Below are positions 1-7,388 of a stretch of 11,067 bases of DNA, piece after piece (within the stretch, counting starts at the first letter, position 1; the number at the start of each line of letters is the position of its first letter). Location: the IMG/VR virus record IMGVR_UViG_2534681675_000020. One strand, given 5' to 3'. Below the pieces are notes generated by a model. It worked only from the letters and a program-made list of their open reading frames with translations. It did not search any database and was not told where the DNA came from. A program made the position numbers and the translations under genes. This DNA comes from a virus (Duplodnaviria; Heunggongvirae; Uroviricota; Caudoviricetes).

Positions 1-372
1 TTACTTCCTGCGTTTATCCCGCTTTGTATGTCCGTGCTGAATGCCCCGCAGTGGATCTTCTTTTTTCAGGTCGATCCCCATGTCCGTTAGTGTTTTTGTG
101 GCGGCGGTTCTTATGGCACAAATCAGGTCTCTTTCCGGTTCCCGGGTTATGGTTGCCTTCCGGATACATGCCGTTCGTCGTTCCGTTACATACTGACGCG
201 CTTCATCACTTGCCGCCTGTTTCAGTAACTCACCCCAGCGATTAGCCGCCCGTCGCCATAAACCTTTCGCTTCCAGTTCTTCCGCTTTGTCATCATGCAC
301 CATAAGCATAATCCCATTGATACCTGTTAAATCTGAATGGTTGGTTTCCGTTCTTTTGATAATTTCCCTCAT
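1..372 (-). CDS. PerC-family-like small transcriptional activator (putative)
   Basis: Complete ORF (ATG at 370-372, stop at 1-3), 123 aa. The motif DDKAEELEAKGLWRRAANRWGELL resembles, from memory, PerC/Pch-type regulators found on prophage-like islands. An internal start at M22 (coordinate 309) is possible. No clear SD. Confidence 0.4.
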   Translation of the reverse strand: MREIIKRTETNHSDLTGINGIMLMVHDDKAEELEAKGLWRRAANRWGELLKQAASDEARQYVTERRTACIRKATITREPERDLICAIRTAATKTLTDMGIDLKKEDPLRGIQHGHTKRDKRRK

Positions 373-505
373 AGCTTATTGTATGACAGTACTGTCCCAC
401 AATAAGGAATCACACATGAGAATGACCAGGCACAAAAAACAGATTCTTGAACTTTACAAACCTGAGTATCGCGATTGGGTGCGGGTGGAGGCCGGAGATC
501 CGCCT

Positions 506-1577
506 TGGATTTGCCCCTATATTTCCAGACATCTGTTATCACTTAACCCATTACAAGCCCGCTGCCGCAGATATTCCCGTGGCGAGCGATAACCCAGCGC
601 ACTATGCGGATGCCATTCGTTATAATGCTCGAACGCCTCTGCAAGGTTCTTTGCTGCCGTTAACCCGTCTGGTTTGGGCATGATACTGATGTAGTCACGC
701 TTTATCGTTTTCACGAAGCTCTCTGCTATTCCGTTACTCTCCGGACTCCGCACCGCCGTGTTCTTCGGTTCAAGTCCCAACATCCGGGCGAACTGGCGTG
801 TTTCATTAGCCCGGTAGCATGAACCATTATCCGTCAGCCACTCCACTGGAGACGACGGAAGATCGTTGCCGAAGCGGCGTTCCACCGCTCCCAGCATGAC
901 GTCCTGTACTGTTTCACTGTTGAAGCCGCCGGTAGTGACCGCCCAGTGCAGTGCCTCACGATCACAGCAGTCCAGCGCGAACGTGACACGCAGTCTCTCT
1001 CCGTTATCACAGCAGAACTCGAACCCGTCAGAGCACCATCGCTGATTGCTTTCTTTCACGGCCACTCTGCCTGTATGTGCCCGTTTCGATGGCGGTACAG
1101 CAGGTTTTCGCTCAAGCAACAGCGCATTCTGGCGCATGATCCGGTAAACACGTTTGGCATTGATCGCAGGCATACCATCAAGTTCTGCCTGTCTGCGAAG
1201 CAGCGCCCATACCCGACGATAACCATACGTGGGCAGCTCTCCGATAACATGGTGTATACGGAGAAGCACATCCGTATCATCAGTGTGACGACTGCGGCGG
1301 CCATCCATCCAGTCATCGGTTCGTCTGAGAATGACGTGCAACTGCGCACGCGACACCCGGAGACAACGGCTGACTAAGCTTACTCCCCATCCCCGGGCAA
1401 TAAGGGCGCGTGCGCTATCCACTTTTTTGCCCGTCCATATTCAACGGCTTCTTTGAGGAGTTCATTTTCCATCGTTTTCTTGCCGAGCAGGCGCTGGAGT
1501 TCTTTAATCTGCTTCATGGCGGCAGCAAGTTCAGAGGCAGGAACAACCTGTTCTCCGGCGGCGACAGCAGTAAGCGT
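506..1577 (-). mobile_element. IS2 remnant: right end (IRR) intact, left ~250 bp (IRL and 5' part of insC) absent
   Basis: Terminal sequence TGGATTTGCCCCTATATTTCCAGACATCTGTTATCACTTAACC at 506-548 matches the remembered IS2 IRR. insD is intact but insC homology stops near 1575 and no IRL sequence is present in the window. Confidence 0.85.
517..1422 (-). CDS. insD: IS2 transposase OrfB (InsD)
   Basis: 301-aa translation with a DDE-type core and the C-terminus ...[24 protein letters not shown], matching IS2 InsD as remembered. The A6G slippery motif (minus-strand CAAAAAAG, + coordinates 1422-1429) is retained at the insC/insD overlap. Confidence 0.9.
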
Positions 1578-1592
1578 TCGCCGTGCCAGCAT
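1380..1592 (-). pseudogene. insC: IS2 insC (OrfA), 5'-truncated
   Basis: Translation from L (1572-1574) onward, [64 protein letters not shown], matches the C-terminal half of IS2 InsC. The N-terminal HTH part is missing and an in-frame TGA lies a few codons upstream of the fortuitous ATG at 1592. Confidence 0.8.
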
Positions 1593-1688
1593 GGAGCAAT
1601 CAGCCGATACAGAACAGTAAAGCCGATAACTTGTTAATCACTCGCAGCAATGCATGTGATTTGTGCACACTTTCGGTTAACTGGTTCG

Positions 1689-1785
1689 ATGTCCGGTTTT
1701 AGTGTCTGTTTTTTGCGCATGTCCGGTTCATGGAAAGCATGTTTTTATATTTTTCATATGGTTAACTTACAGAGAAACCGGACAT
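1689..1785. repeat. three copies of a 10-bp motif ATGTCCGGTT (two direct, one inverted)
   Basis: ATGTCCGGTT at 1689-1698 and 1719-1728; inverted copy AACCGGACAT at 1776-1785. Lies between the IS2 truncation point and the terminator of the capsid operon. Confidence 0.5.
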
Positions 1786-1865
1786 GGATCCCGAAAAATT
1801 TTCATAAATAGTGAAAACGCGCGAGGTCGCCGCCCCGTAACAGGTCCATATGCCGGAAAGGACCC

Positions 1866-1890
1866 GCAAAAAAGCCGGATTTCTCCGGCC
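1866..1890 (-). terminator. rho-independent terminator of the capsid operon
   Basis: Hairpin GCCGGA-TTTC-TCCGGC (1874-1889) preceded on the + strand by A6 (1868-1873), i.e. a hairpin followed by a U-run on the minus strand. It lies 6 nt after the stop of the 137-aa gene. Confidence 0.5.
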
Positions 1891-1895
1891 TTGTC

Positions 1896-2309
1896 TCAGA
1901 TGGTTTTCAGTATGCGATCAATGTCGCCGTCATCGCCCGGGTTTCTGCCATCGTATGCCATGCCAGCTGATACGGCTTGTGGGCTGTGCATGTCCATAAA
2001 GTTTTCAAAGGCTGCGGTAAGCTCTGGTGCAACCTTCTGGCGTTCCTGTTCTATGGTCATGTTCAGGATGTTTTTAGCCGTATCAACATCAATACAAGGC
2101 ACGTTTGCCATTGCACGTAACAGCGGCTGATAGTCGTCAGATTCATGAAGCGACATAATCGCATCAGCGCGCGGCTTGTCCTGTTCTTCCAGTTTGTTAA
2201 GTTGATATATAGCTTCGTAGGTTGATAGACATCTGTCAGCCATTGCCCGCGCTTCAGCTTTAAATTTACTCGCCAGCGGTAGCGCCATGATACTTTCATT
2301 CGTTGCCAT
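1896..2309 (-). CDS. hypothetical acidic protein, 137 aa (last gene of capsid operon)
   Basis: ATG at 2307-2309 preceded by AGGGGGG; the ORF is open upstream to 2420 but that part overlaps the decoration gene. Starts 13 nt after the decoration gene stop. No recognisable motif. Confidence 0.45.
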   Translation of the reverse strand: MATNESIMALPLASKFKAEARAMADRCLSTYEAIYQLNKLEEQDKPRADAIMSLHESDDYQPLLRAMANVPCIDVDTAKNILNMTIEQERQKVAPELTAAFENFMDMHSPQAVSAGMAYDGRNPGDDGDIDRILKTI

Positions 2310-2322
2310 CGTTCCCCCCTGC

Positions 2323-2658
2323 TTATCGCGCCAGCGGCTGAACAGATACACCAGAACCCGCAAAGGCGGCACATTTTTTCGCGTCGGTGTCGACGCTCTC
2401 AGGCCAGTTAACGGCGGCAATATTGAATATCCCCGTCTTGTAACACTGTGCTGATTTCTGCGTTGACGTGTCCACGGGATACGCCGTCAGATAAACAGCC
2501 TTGCCAGATTCCTGACCATCCCACGGCTTAAATTCGCCATTGTCCGCCAGCATCAGCGGGGTAAATTCCTGAATAACGCCAGCATCAGCGGCAAAATGTA
2601 CCAGCGTCGTGGCAACCTGCTGACTGCCTGCAAATAACTCAATGTATGGAGTGTCCAT
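2323..2658 (-). CDS. head decoration protein, lambda gpD-like
   Basis: 111 aa. Segments TPLMLADNGEFKPWDG and YKTGIFNIAAVNWPESVDTDAKKCAAFAGSGVSV align with remembered lambda gpD ([52 protein letters not shown]). GGGGGA RBS. Confidence 0.7.
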   Translation of the reverse strand: MDTPYIELFAGSQQVATTLVHFAADAGVIQEFTPLMLADNGEFKPWDGQESGKAVYLTAYPVDTSTQKSAQCYKTGIFNIAAVNWPESVDTDAKKCAAFAGSGVSVQPLAR

Positions 2659-2669
2659 AGAATCCCCCG

Positions 2670-3725
2670 TTAACCAATTTTGACGGTAACAAATTTGCGA
2701 ATATCTGCCGGAACCGGCTGCGGTGCGCTGTGCGTCTGCACGTACTCAATCGCCGGATCGCCGTCCTCAATCCAGTTTTTCGGGTAAAACATGTTTTGCG
2801 TTGCGCCCGTTCTGACCGCTTCCTGATCCATAATCGCACCATAGGCCACCAGCCCTTTATTGTTGGTGTTGCCCAGGACCAGCAAATCAGGCTCAAGGAA
2901 ATATTTTTCGGTGCCGTCGCTGTCAGTGTATTTGCCGGAATAGACGATAAGGGCAATATCGCCCAGATATCCTTTAAAGCTCACCACTTCGCCCAGGTTT
3001 TTACAGGCCAGCTCTGCGGAGGACTCTGAACCACGGGAAAGATCGTACAGTTCGCGGAATTTTTTAAAGCTGCGTAACGTTCGCCATACCTCAGCGCCCA
3101 TGATCATGACGTTGGCGGGGCAACATGCTTGATCCGCATAAAGCTCGATATCATAGATTGGATCGTGGGTTTCTTTGTCCTGCTCGGACCATTTACGGCC
3201 TTTGGCCTGCTCTATGATGTTTTTTTCCGGTATCTTCCAGTCGATTTCATAGCGTTCTATGCCTTCGCCCTCAATGATGTTTTTTCCGGTCGTTATCGCA
3301 TTCACCGCCAGCCATTCCACGCGCGCTTTAATCGCGTTTATCTGGCGGCGCATGTTGCCAGTAATCAGGCGCATACGGCGATAGGTTGGGTCATTAAGCT
3401 GTGCCGGATCTTCTCCAGCCATACGTATGATGGTTTTCGTTGGATCGATTTCGTGCTTCGGCTTCATGTATCCAGGTTTAATCGTGCTGGTTTCGTACCC
3501 TTTATCGCGCTGGACCTGACTACCCACCATAGGCGAACAAAACGCCGACATCGTAACCTCTTCAATGTCCAGGGTGTCCAGCATGATGTTTTGGGTGTTG
3601 AATGTCGCCACGTTCGGGAAAAACAGCGTGGTAAACAGCGGACTGAATTTAAATTCCGCAATATCCCCGCGATTCAGGTACATGAAAAGCTGGTTAGTGT
3701 TAAGTGCCGTTGCTTTGCCTGCCAT
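2670..3725 (-). CDS. major capsid protein, lambda gpE-like
   Basis: 351 aa (lambda gpE is 341 aa). Motifs FKFSPLFTTLFF, GYMKPKHEIDP, DPAQLNDPTYRRMR, YPKNWIEDGDPA and the C-terminus ADIRKFVTVKIG are collinear with remembered gpE. The start overlaps the upstream stop (TAATG). Confidence 0.85.
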   Translation of the reverse strand: MAGKATALNTNQLFMYLNRGDIAEFKFSPLFTTLFFPNVATFNTQNIMLDTLDIEEVTMSAFCSPMVGSQVQRDKGYETSTIKPGYMKPKHEIDPTKTIIRMAGEDPAQLNDPTYRRMRLITGNMRRQINAIKARVEWLAVNAITTGKNIIEGEGIERYEIDWKIPEKNIIEQAKGRKWSEQDKETHDPIYDIELYADQACCPANVMIMGAEVWRTLRSFKKFRELYDLSRGSESSAELACKNLGEVVSFKGYLGDIALIVYSGKYTDSDGTEKYFLEPDLLVLGNTNNKGLVAYGAIMDQEAVRTGATQNMFYPKNWIEDGDPAIEYVQTHSAPQPVPADIRKFVTVKIG

Positions 3726-3931
3726 TATTCACCCCCATAATTTTTATGCATCCCAAGCGCCGCAAGTAAATAAGAGCGTACAAGTGAACCTATCGACGGC
3801 TCCGGCGTCATCAGCGGATCCAGTCCAGCCGCCACGCCAGCCTCATAGTTTTTTTTGTGGCGCTGCTTGAGCACCTCCACGATTTCGGGGCTTATGTACA
3901 CCGAAACACCGCCTTTTTTCTCTTCAGCCAT
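3725..3931 (-). CDS. hypothetical protein, 68 aa, translationally coupled to the capsid gene
   Basis: ATG at 3929-3931 with AGAGGA RBS 10 nt upstream; its stop overlaps the capsid start codon. No recognisable motif. Confidence 0.5.
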   Translation of the reverse strand: MAEEKKGGVSVYISPEIVEVLKQRHKKNYEAGVAAGLDPLMTPEPSIGSLVRSYLLAALGMHKNYGGE

Positions 3932-3958
3932 AGTAAGAAATTCCTCTTTGACTTAAAA

Positions 3959-4016
3959 AATCAGAACTGGATGTTCATCCAGTTCTGATTATAATCATGA
4001 TTGCATTTTATGCAAT
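3959..4016. promoter_or_regulatory. promoter/operator region of the capsid operon: 32-bp palindrome plus a second 7-3-7 palindrome around a palindromic -10 (ATTATAAT)
   Basis: Near-perfect palindrome AATCAGAACTGGATG-TT-CATCCAGTTCTGATT (3959-3990). ATTATAAT at 3988-3995 reads TATAAT on both strands. ATTGCAT-TTT-ATGCAAT at 4000-4016 overlaps a minus-strand -35-like TTGCAT with 16-nt spacing to the -10. Confidence 0.4.
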
Positions 4017-4095
4017 GATGTTGAGTTGTGTTGCAAATTATGAAATGATGATCCCGATCATGTGTGTCAGTGCACCAAAAAGCCTCATATGCAAA

Positions 4096-4132
4096 AGCCC
4101 GATAAGCCACCTCTGACCTTATCGGGCTTTTT
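4096..4132. terminator. bidirectional rho-independent terminator-like hairpin
   Basis: Stem AGCCCGATAAG (4096-4106) / CTTATCGGGCT (4118-4128) with an 11-nt loop, followed by T5 on the + strand and flanked by A4 on the other side. Confidence 0.45.
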
Positions 4133-4307
4133 TATCTGCCTGCAAAGATGTCGAACAAAAATTAACCACAACCATCATCTTTTTTGCATCAAAACAATTA
4201 AAAACAATAAATTACGCTCATGATGATGATGACGATAAAATCACAAAAATGCGCTTTTTTCCGCGCCTCCCGCCCCGTGTTCAGGCCCACCCCGCCAGGA
4301 GGACCCG

Positions 4308-4331
4308 TAAAAAAGCCGGATTGCTCCGGCT
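4308..4331 (-). terminator. rho-independent terminator after ssb
   Basis: Hairpin GCCGGA-TTGC-TCCGGC (4315-4330) preceded on the + strand by A6 (4309-4314), 17 nt after the SSB stop. Nearly identical to the terminator cassette at 1866-1890. Confidence 0.5.
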
Positions 4332-4346
4332 TCTGTCACTCGTCGC

Positions 4347-4769
4347 TTAAAACGGTATGTTATCCCCGTACGGATCATCATTCCCCGCCTGTTGTTTTGC
4401 CCTGTTCAGCGCGTCAGTAGCCTGGCCCTGTTGACCTTTTTTGCCGCCCAGTCGCGCCGTTCGCGCACTGATTACACTGTCTGCGATAACCTGCCAGCCC
4501 TGCCGCGTTTCTCCGTTCTGCCCAGTCCACTGGCTGATCTGCATGTTACCCGCCACGCTCAGGAGTTCACCCTTGCGGTGCCTTTCCAGTGCTTCGGCCT
4601 GTCTGCCAAATGCCAGGACGGATAACCACATCGTCGCCGTTCCGTCATCTGCCTGGCTGCACGGAAGGGGGACCGCCATACGCGCCAGCGTCATCGGTGT
4701 GCCCTTGCTGGTCTGTTTTACCTGCGGGTCGTCCACCAGCCGCCCGTAAGCGGCTATCTGTGCTGTCAT
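4347..4769 (-). CDS. ssb: single-stranded DNA-binding protein (SSB family)
   Basis: 140 aa. OB-fold region WLSVLAFGRQAEALERHRKGELLSVAGNMQISQWTGQNGETRQGWQVIA parallels E. coli SSB ([50 protein letters not shown]); Gly/Gln-rich linker and C-terminal acidic tip ...DDPYGDNIPF (SSB ends DDDIPF). GGAGAGG RBS. Confidence 0.8.
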   Translation of the reverse strand: MTAQIAAYGRLVDDPQVKQTSKGTPMTLARMAVPLPCSQADDGTATMWLSVLAFGRQAEALERHRKGELLSVAGNMQISQWTGQNGETRQGWQVIADSVISARTARLGGKKGQQGQATDALNRAKQQAGNDDPYGDNIPF

Positions 4770-5044
4770 GATTCCACCTCTCCGGTTTTAACGTTGATTG
4801 TTGTTACCTGTTCCGCTTCGGCAATCTCCCGCTCTGTCAGCGTGGCAAAATTTGCCGCCGTCGTGGTCATGAATGCGCTTATCAGGTCGGGATGTGCTTT
4901 CGCGTATCCTTCCCCCGCGTGGCGGTCTATCGTTCTGATTGCCACCTTTAAAGCGTGCTCTGTCATGTCTAACGCGCGATATTTCGGTTCTGTTCTGTCT
5001 CTGCGTTTTTTGAGTGATTTATTAAATTTCCCTGAAGTGTGCAT
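4766..5044 (-). CDS. hypothetical protein, 92 aa, coupled to ssb
   Basis: ATG at 5042-5044 with GAGGGGG upstream; its stop overlaps the ssb start (ATGA). Basic N-terminus; no recognisable motif. Confidence 0.45.
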   Translation of the reverse strand: MHTSGKFNKSLKKRRDRTEPKYRALDMTEHALKVAIRTIDRHAGEGYAKAHPDLISAFMTTTAANFATLTEREIAEAEQVTTINVKTGEVES

Positions 5045-5092
5045 ATTTATTTTTACCCCCTCGTTTAAAAAGTTTTGAGTTGTGCCTCCCCT

Positions 5093-5319
5093 TGTCTACC
5101 TTATCTACCTTAGTGGCCCTCATGCCAGTAATGGCGCGGCTTTCAGCGGGGTAGAGTGCTTTTATCCACTATCTACCCCGTGTCTACCTCCCTGTCTGAT
5201 TCAGGTAAAATCAGGTAGAGAGGGTAGATAGTGGGTAGATAGTAAAAAAAGGCTATCTACATAACTTAATGCACTGAATTAAATGTATTTTTCTTTACTC
5301 AGGTAGACAGGGTAGACAG
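5093..5319. repeat. iteron cluster (GGTAGA[CGT]AG-type, both orientations); putative origin of replication
   Basis: At least 11 copies: TCTACC-type at 5093-5100, 5102-5109, 5170-5177, 5181-5188, 5254-5261; GGTAGA-type at 5149-5158, 5214-5220, 5223-5230, 5234-5240, 5302-5310, 5311-5319. An AT-rich stretch lies at 5262-5300. It starts 14 bp after the primase stop. Confidence 0.6.
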
Positions 5320-5332
5320 CAATTACAAAAAA

Positions 5333-7087
5333 TTATAAAAACGCGTCGCACTCGTCTGTTGTTATTGCGTTAGTCTGCGTTACTCCCTTAACTTTCCGCG
5401 TAATATATTCATGTCCGTAAACTTTCGCGGCTGGCTTCATAGCCTTGCCAAAGTCATTTACGTTTAGCGGTTTGCTCCTGCCTGCGTACGCCATAAACGC
5501 CAGATAGACGCGATAAAGGCTGTTCCTGGTCGTGTACTTCACTGAATCACCACCGCCACCCATCATCAGGCCGCGCGCTTCCTCCAGAAAATTCAGGAAC
5601 TGGCAAAACTCAATAACCGGATCCGTCTGTTGCTTTATTGCCAGTGCTTCATCACCGTCACGCTGTTCCAGTAGTAAAGCCCGTGCCTTCTCAGGGTCGG
5701 TAAAGTTCGCCAGCAATCGGCGGATAATGACAGGGATTTCAGCCGCAATCTTTTCCGGTAGCTCCCTGTCTTTTTCGGCCTCACTGACGATATTGTCGAA
5801 ACGGAAAATTACGCGACGACGTGACACACCTCCGGCCCGTTCGGTGAATATCATCGGGTTATTGTTGGTAGCCAGCACCACCGCCCTGATTACCGCCGTA
5901 AAACGCTTTTCATATTTCGGGTTAATTTCCACGGGGTCGCCGCCCGTGATTTTCTTGATGCCCGTTCCTTCGCCTGTATATTTCGGCTGGTCAGCCAGGA
6001 CGATAAGACGACTCCCGACAACCTGCGCACGTCCACCAGCATCATCAAGCGATGTCATCTCCGCGCTCACCGTGTTCTGTTTCCCTGCCAGAAGGCTGGC
6101 TATGTGCGTGAATGTACTTTTACCGCTCCCGCCGTCTCCGGTGGCCTCAATAAACATCTGCCAGTCGTACCGGTTCGCCATAATCATGTACAGCGCGGCA
6201 CATATACGCATCATCTTGCGCGGGTCTTTTCCGGCTACGTGCTCAAGCCATTTATGAAAGTTTGGCGCGTTGTCGCGGATATTCTCCCCTGGTGCTGGTG
6301 GCGTGTACTCAATACCGTTGTGCGTGGTGATCCAGTTCTCCGGCGTGTGCGGGGAAAATTCCCCCGTTTTCAGGTCAAGCGCACCATTGGCGAACGGCAG
6401 CAAATCGCCGGACGGCTCGCCCATTGGTTCGGCAATAACTTTTAACGCTTCCACGGCGTTATTGATTACGCGCTTGCTGAAAGTGGCCCTGTGCTCTGAA
6501 TAGATCGCCACCATTTCGCGGCTAAGTTCCATTGTGCTGACCGGACACCATACCCCGCCGCGCCATACGTAAACGATTTCACTTTCAGGATGTACGCAAA
6601 CGCCATCAAAGCGATCGGCAAGCAGCTGCGCGCGCTCACTGTCCGCCATCTGCGAAAGTTGCGCCTTTTGCTTTACCGGAAGCTCAATGACCAGACCATC
6701 AGAAAGATTCTGTCGCTCACGGGCCAGATATTCGCGCCAGTTCTGCACCTCTTGGCCGTGCATACCCTCAGGATAAAAATTTGCATCCTGTACGCCTGCC
6801 GCCGCCAGCTTCTGGCCAATCGCCTTTATCATTACTGGCGCAAGATATCCGGCCCTGAATATGCGCACGGATTTTCTGCCTTCCGGCACAATTTGCAGCT
6901 TATCCAGTTCTGATAACTGCTGCTCCCCAAGCCACACAGGAGGCTCATTATCTCCGGCCAGACGCGCGTCATGTTCCTGCCATTGTTTTGCGTGTGACCA
7001 GGCATCACTACCCGCAAAAATAATGACTTCTGTTTCTTTGTGTTTTATGCCGCGTGACTGCTGTTTTACGTTCGGTGCCAGTTTCAT
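5333..7087 (-). CDS. P4-family DNA primase/helicase (replication initiator)
   Basis: 584 aa with Walker A GDGGSGKST, a downstream Walker B-like LIVLAD and a primase-like N-terminal half; architecture typical of phage/plasmid P4-alpha-type primases. Start overlaps the upstream stop (ATGA). Confidence 0.85.
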   Translation of the reverse strand: MKLAPNVKQQSRGIKHKETEVIIFAGSDAWSHAKQWQEHDARLAGDNEPPVWLGEQQLSELDKLQIVPEGRKSVRIFRAGYLAPVMIKAIGQKLAAAGVQDANFYPEGMHGQEVQNWREYLARERQNLSDGLVIELPVKQKAQLSQMADSERAQLLADRFDGVCVHPESEIVYVWRGGVWCPVSTMELSREMVAIYSEHRATFSKRVINNAVEALKVIAEPMGEPSGDLLPFANGALDLKTGEFSPHTPENWITTHNGIEYTPPAPGENIRDNAPNFHKWLEHVAGKDPRKMMRICAALYMIMANRYDWQMFIEATGDGGSGKSTFTHIASLLAGKQNTVSAEMTSLDDAGGRAQVVGSRLIVLADQPKYTGEGTGIKKITGGDPVEINPKYEKRFTAVIRAVVLATNNNPMIFTERAGGVSRRRVIFRFDNIVSEAEKDRELPEKIAAEIPVIIRRLLANFTDPEKARALLLEQRDGDEALAIKQQTDPVIEFCQFLNFLEEARGLMMGGGGDSVKYTTRNSLYRVYLAFMAYAGRSKPLNVNDFGKAMKPAAKVYGHEYITRKVKGVTQTNAITTDECDAFL

Positions 7088-7383
7088 TTTTTACCCCTGA
7101 ATCCGTTAATCATGGTTTTCAGCTTCTGGATGTTTGCCCGTGCCCTGGCGTTGCTGGTGGGCACGTTATGCGGCGCGGTCTGTACCAGAGAAAAATCACG
7201 CCGGAACTGATAAACAGGCATCACGCAATCATATTCGTAACCTTCACGGCGGTAAGTTACGCACCGTCCCGCCACGCTTTTAATCGTTACCGTGCCGCCG
7301 TAGTTATCCCGGAAAATATCGCCGGGGCGGATTTCAGGCCGAGCGAGGCCACTGGCAGTAAAGCCAGAATTTTTCTGTTTCAT
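7084..7383 (-). CDS. hypothetical protein, 99 aa, coupled to primase
   Basis: ATG at 7381-7383 with GGAGAA RBS; its stop overlaps the primase ATG. No recognisable motif. Confidence 0.5.
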   Translation of the reverse strand: MKQKNSGFTASGLARPEIRPGDIFRDNYGGTVTIKSVAGRCVTYRREGYEYDCVMPVYQFRRDFSLVQTAPHNVPTSNARARANIQKLKTMINGFRGKK

Positions 7384-7388
7384 GGTTT

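Noticed and set aside
24-245. 73-aa + strand ORF with TTG start
   Set aside because: Antisense to the perC-like gene, non-ATG start without RBS, Pro/Leu-rich translation.
946-1377. ORFs of 143 aa (+) and 97 aa (-) inside IS2
   Set aside because: Both lie within or antisense to insD of a well-characterised IS element that encodes only OrfA, OrfB and their fusion.
2063-2374. 103-aa minus-strand ORF overlapping the 137-aa gene in another frame
   Set aside because: Alternative-frame overlap with a better-supported gene; Cys/Trp/Arg-rich translation.
3129-3740. 203-aa + strand ORF
   Set aside because: Antisense to the capsid gene; Arg/Phe-rich translation with no RBS.
3997-4116. 39-codon hydrophobic small ORF (MIAFYAMMLSCVANYEMMIPIMCVSAPKSLICKSPISHL), considered as a type I toxin-like peptide
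   Set aside because: No Shine-Dalgarno sequence; the ATG lies 1 nt after the putative -10 and so upstream of any start from that promoter; the stop falls in a terminator loop; hydrophobicity is interrupted by N, Y and E.
4220-4420. 66-aa + strand ORF beginning MMMMTIKS
   Set aside because: Runs through the ssb terminator hairpin into the antisense of ssb; no RBS. The ATGATGATGATG run looks like a simple-sequence feature of the AT-rich control region.
5093-5319. Repeat array considered as a possible CRISPR array
   Set aside because: Repeat units are about 9 bp, occur in both orientations and lack regular spacers; this fits origin iterons, not CRISPR.
5532-6913. Several + strand ORFs (241, 113, 77, 107 aa) inside the primase gene
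   Set aside because: All are antisense shadow ORFs within a strongly supported minus-strand gene; their translations are Ser/Arg/Pro-rich and no RBS was noted.
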